Source: an uncultured Clostridia bacterium
GTDB taxonomy: Bacteria; Bacillota; Clostridia; TANB77; CAG-508
Length of the DNA stretch: 26,911 nt
Assembly (NCBI GenBank): GCA_944390305.1
Contig: CALXPX010000001.1
Span: 1 to 26,911, forward strand
Reading direction: 5' to 3'
The notes beneath the pieces were generated by a model. It made no database searches and was not told the origin of the DNA. It worked only from the letters and a program-made list of their open reading frames with translations. The translations under genes were made by a program, and so were the position numbers. Shown here one piece after another: positions 26,740 through 26,911 of this stretch; the first letter of the stretch is position 1; every line of letters starts with the position of its first letter.

Positions 26740-26910
26740 TTATTCTTTATTTTCTTGCTTTTTTATTTTTTTAAGTGCAATTTTTTCCTTCATTTTTGTG
26801 AATCTATTTGTTTTTTGCTCAGAACCAAACTTAGCAGTAACTAGATTTTTTATTAATATTCTTTTTAAAGCATCTTCTTTTACATCTGCAATTAAAGTTC
26901 CATATTTAGA
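26740..26910 (-). CDS. 3' end of an unidentified gene entering from beyond the window
   Basis: Open frame SKYGTLIADVKEDALKRILIKNLVTAKFGSEQKTNRFTKMKEKIALKKIKKQENKE*, with the stop next to a hairpin. Confidence 0.55.
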   Translation of the reverse strand, partial: SKYGTLIADVKEDALKRILIKNLVTAKFGSEQKTNRFTKMKEKIALKKIKKQENKE

Positions 26911-26911
26911 T

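Noticed and set aside
1-26911. Complete DGR cassette within the window
   Set aside because: No reverse transcriptase, Avd or near-identical copy of either CLec 3' end is present, so only orphan candidate targets can be claimed.

Overview
Very AT-rich chromosomal segment of a spore-forming Clostridia-type bacterium (sigK, a YetF/DUF421 gene, a YhfW-like gene, mutS2, truA). The GITLIAL-type pilin-like gene suggests an uncultured gut lineage (inference). No RNA genes, CRISPR array, integrase, transposase or reverse transcriptase are visible. Most genes are housekeeping, sporulation or stress genes: an AdhR-like MerR module with a 19-bp-spacer promoter, a YtrA/GntR-ABC operon, an ABC-F, a U32 protein and a choloylglycine-hydrolase family enzyme. 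The standout is a 111-bp element present twice (17983-18093 and 22751-22861; 106/111 identical by manual alignment). Each copy sits in the 5' leader of a surface-protein gene that ends in a CLec/FGE-type domain of the kind targeted by diversity-generating retroelements (DGRs). Each leader reads promoter > RBS > short leader ORF containing a 21-nt (TA)n tract > intrinsic terminator > gene. At the current length the leader ORF stops right after the tract. One TA unit fewer (or two more) extends it through the terminator stem. This suggests a microsatellite-driven, leader-peptide attenuation phase-variation switch; the mechanism is inference and untested. Other oddities: frameshifts in a DUF1848 gene and at the end of the pilin-CLec gene, a MutS2 apparently lacking its KOW domain, and a probable sigK-hydrolase co-transcript. 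All family calls come from motif recognition; no database searches were run.
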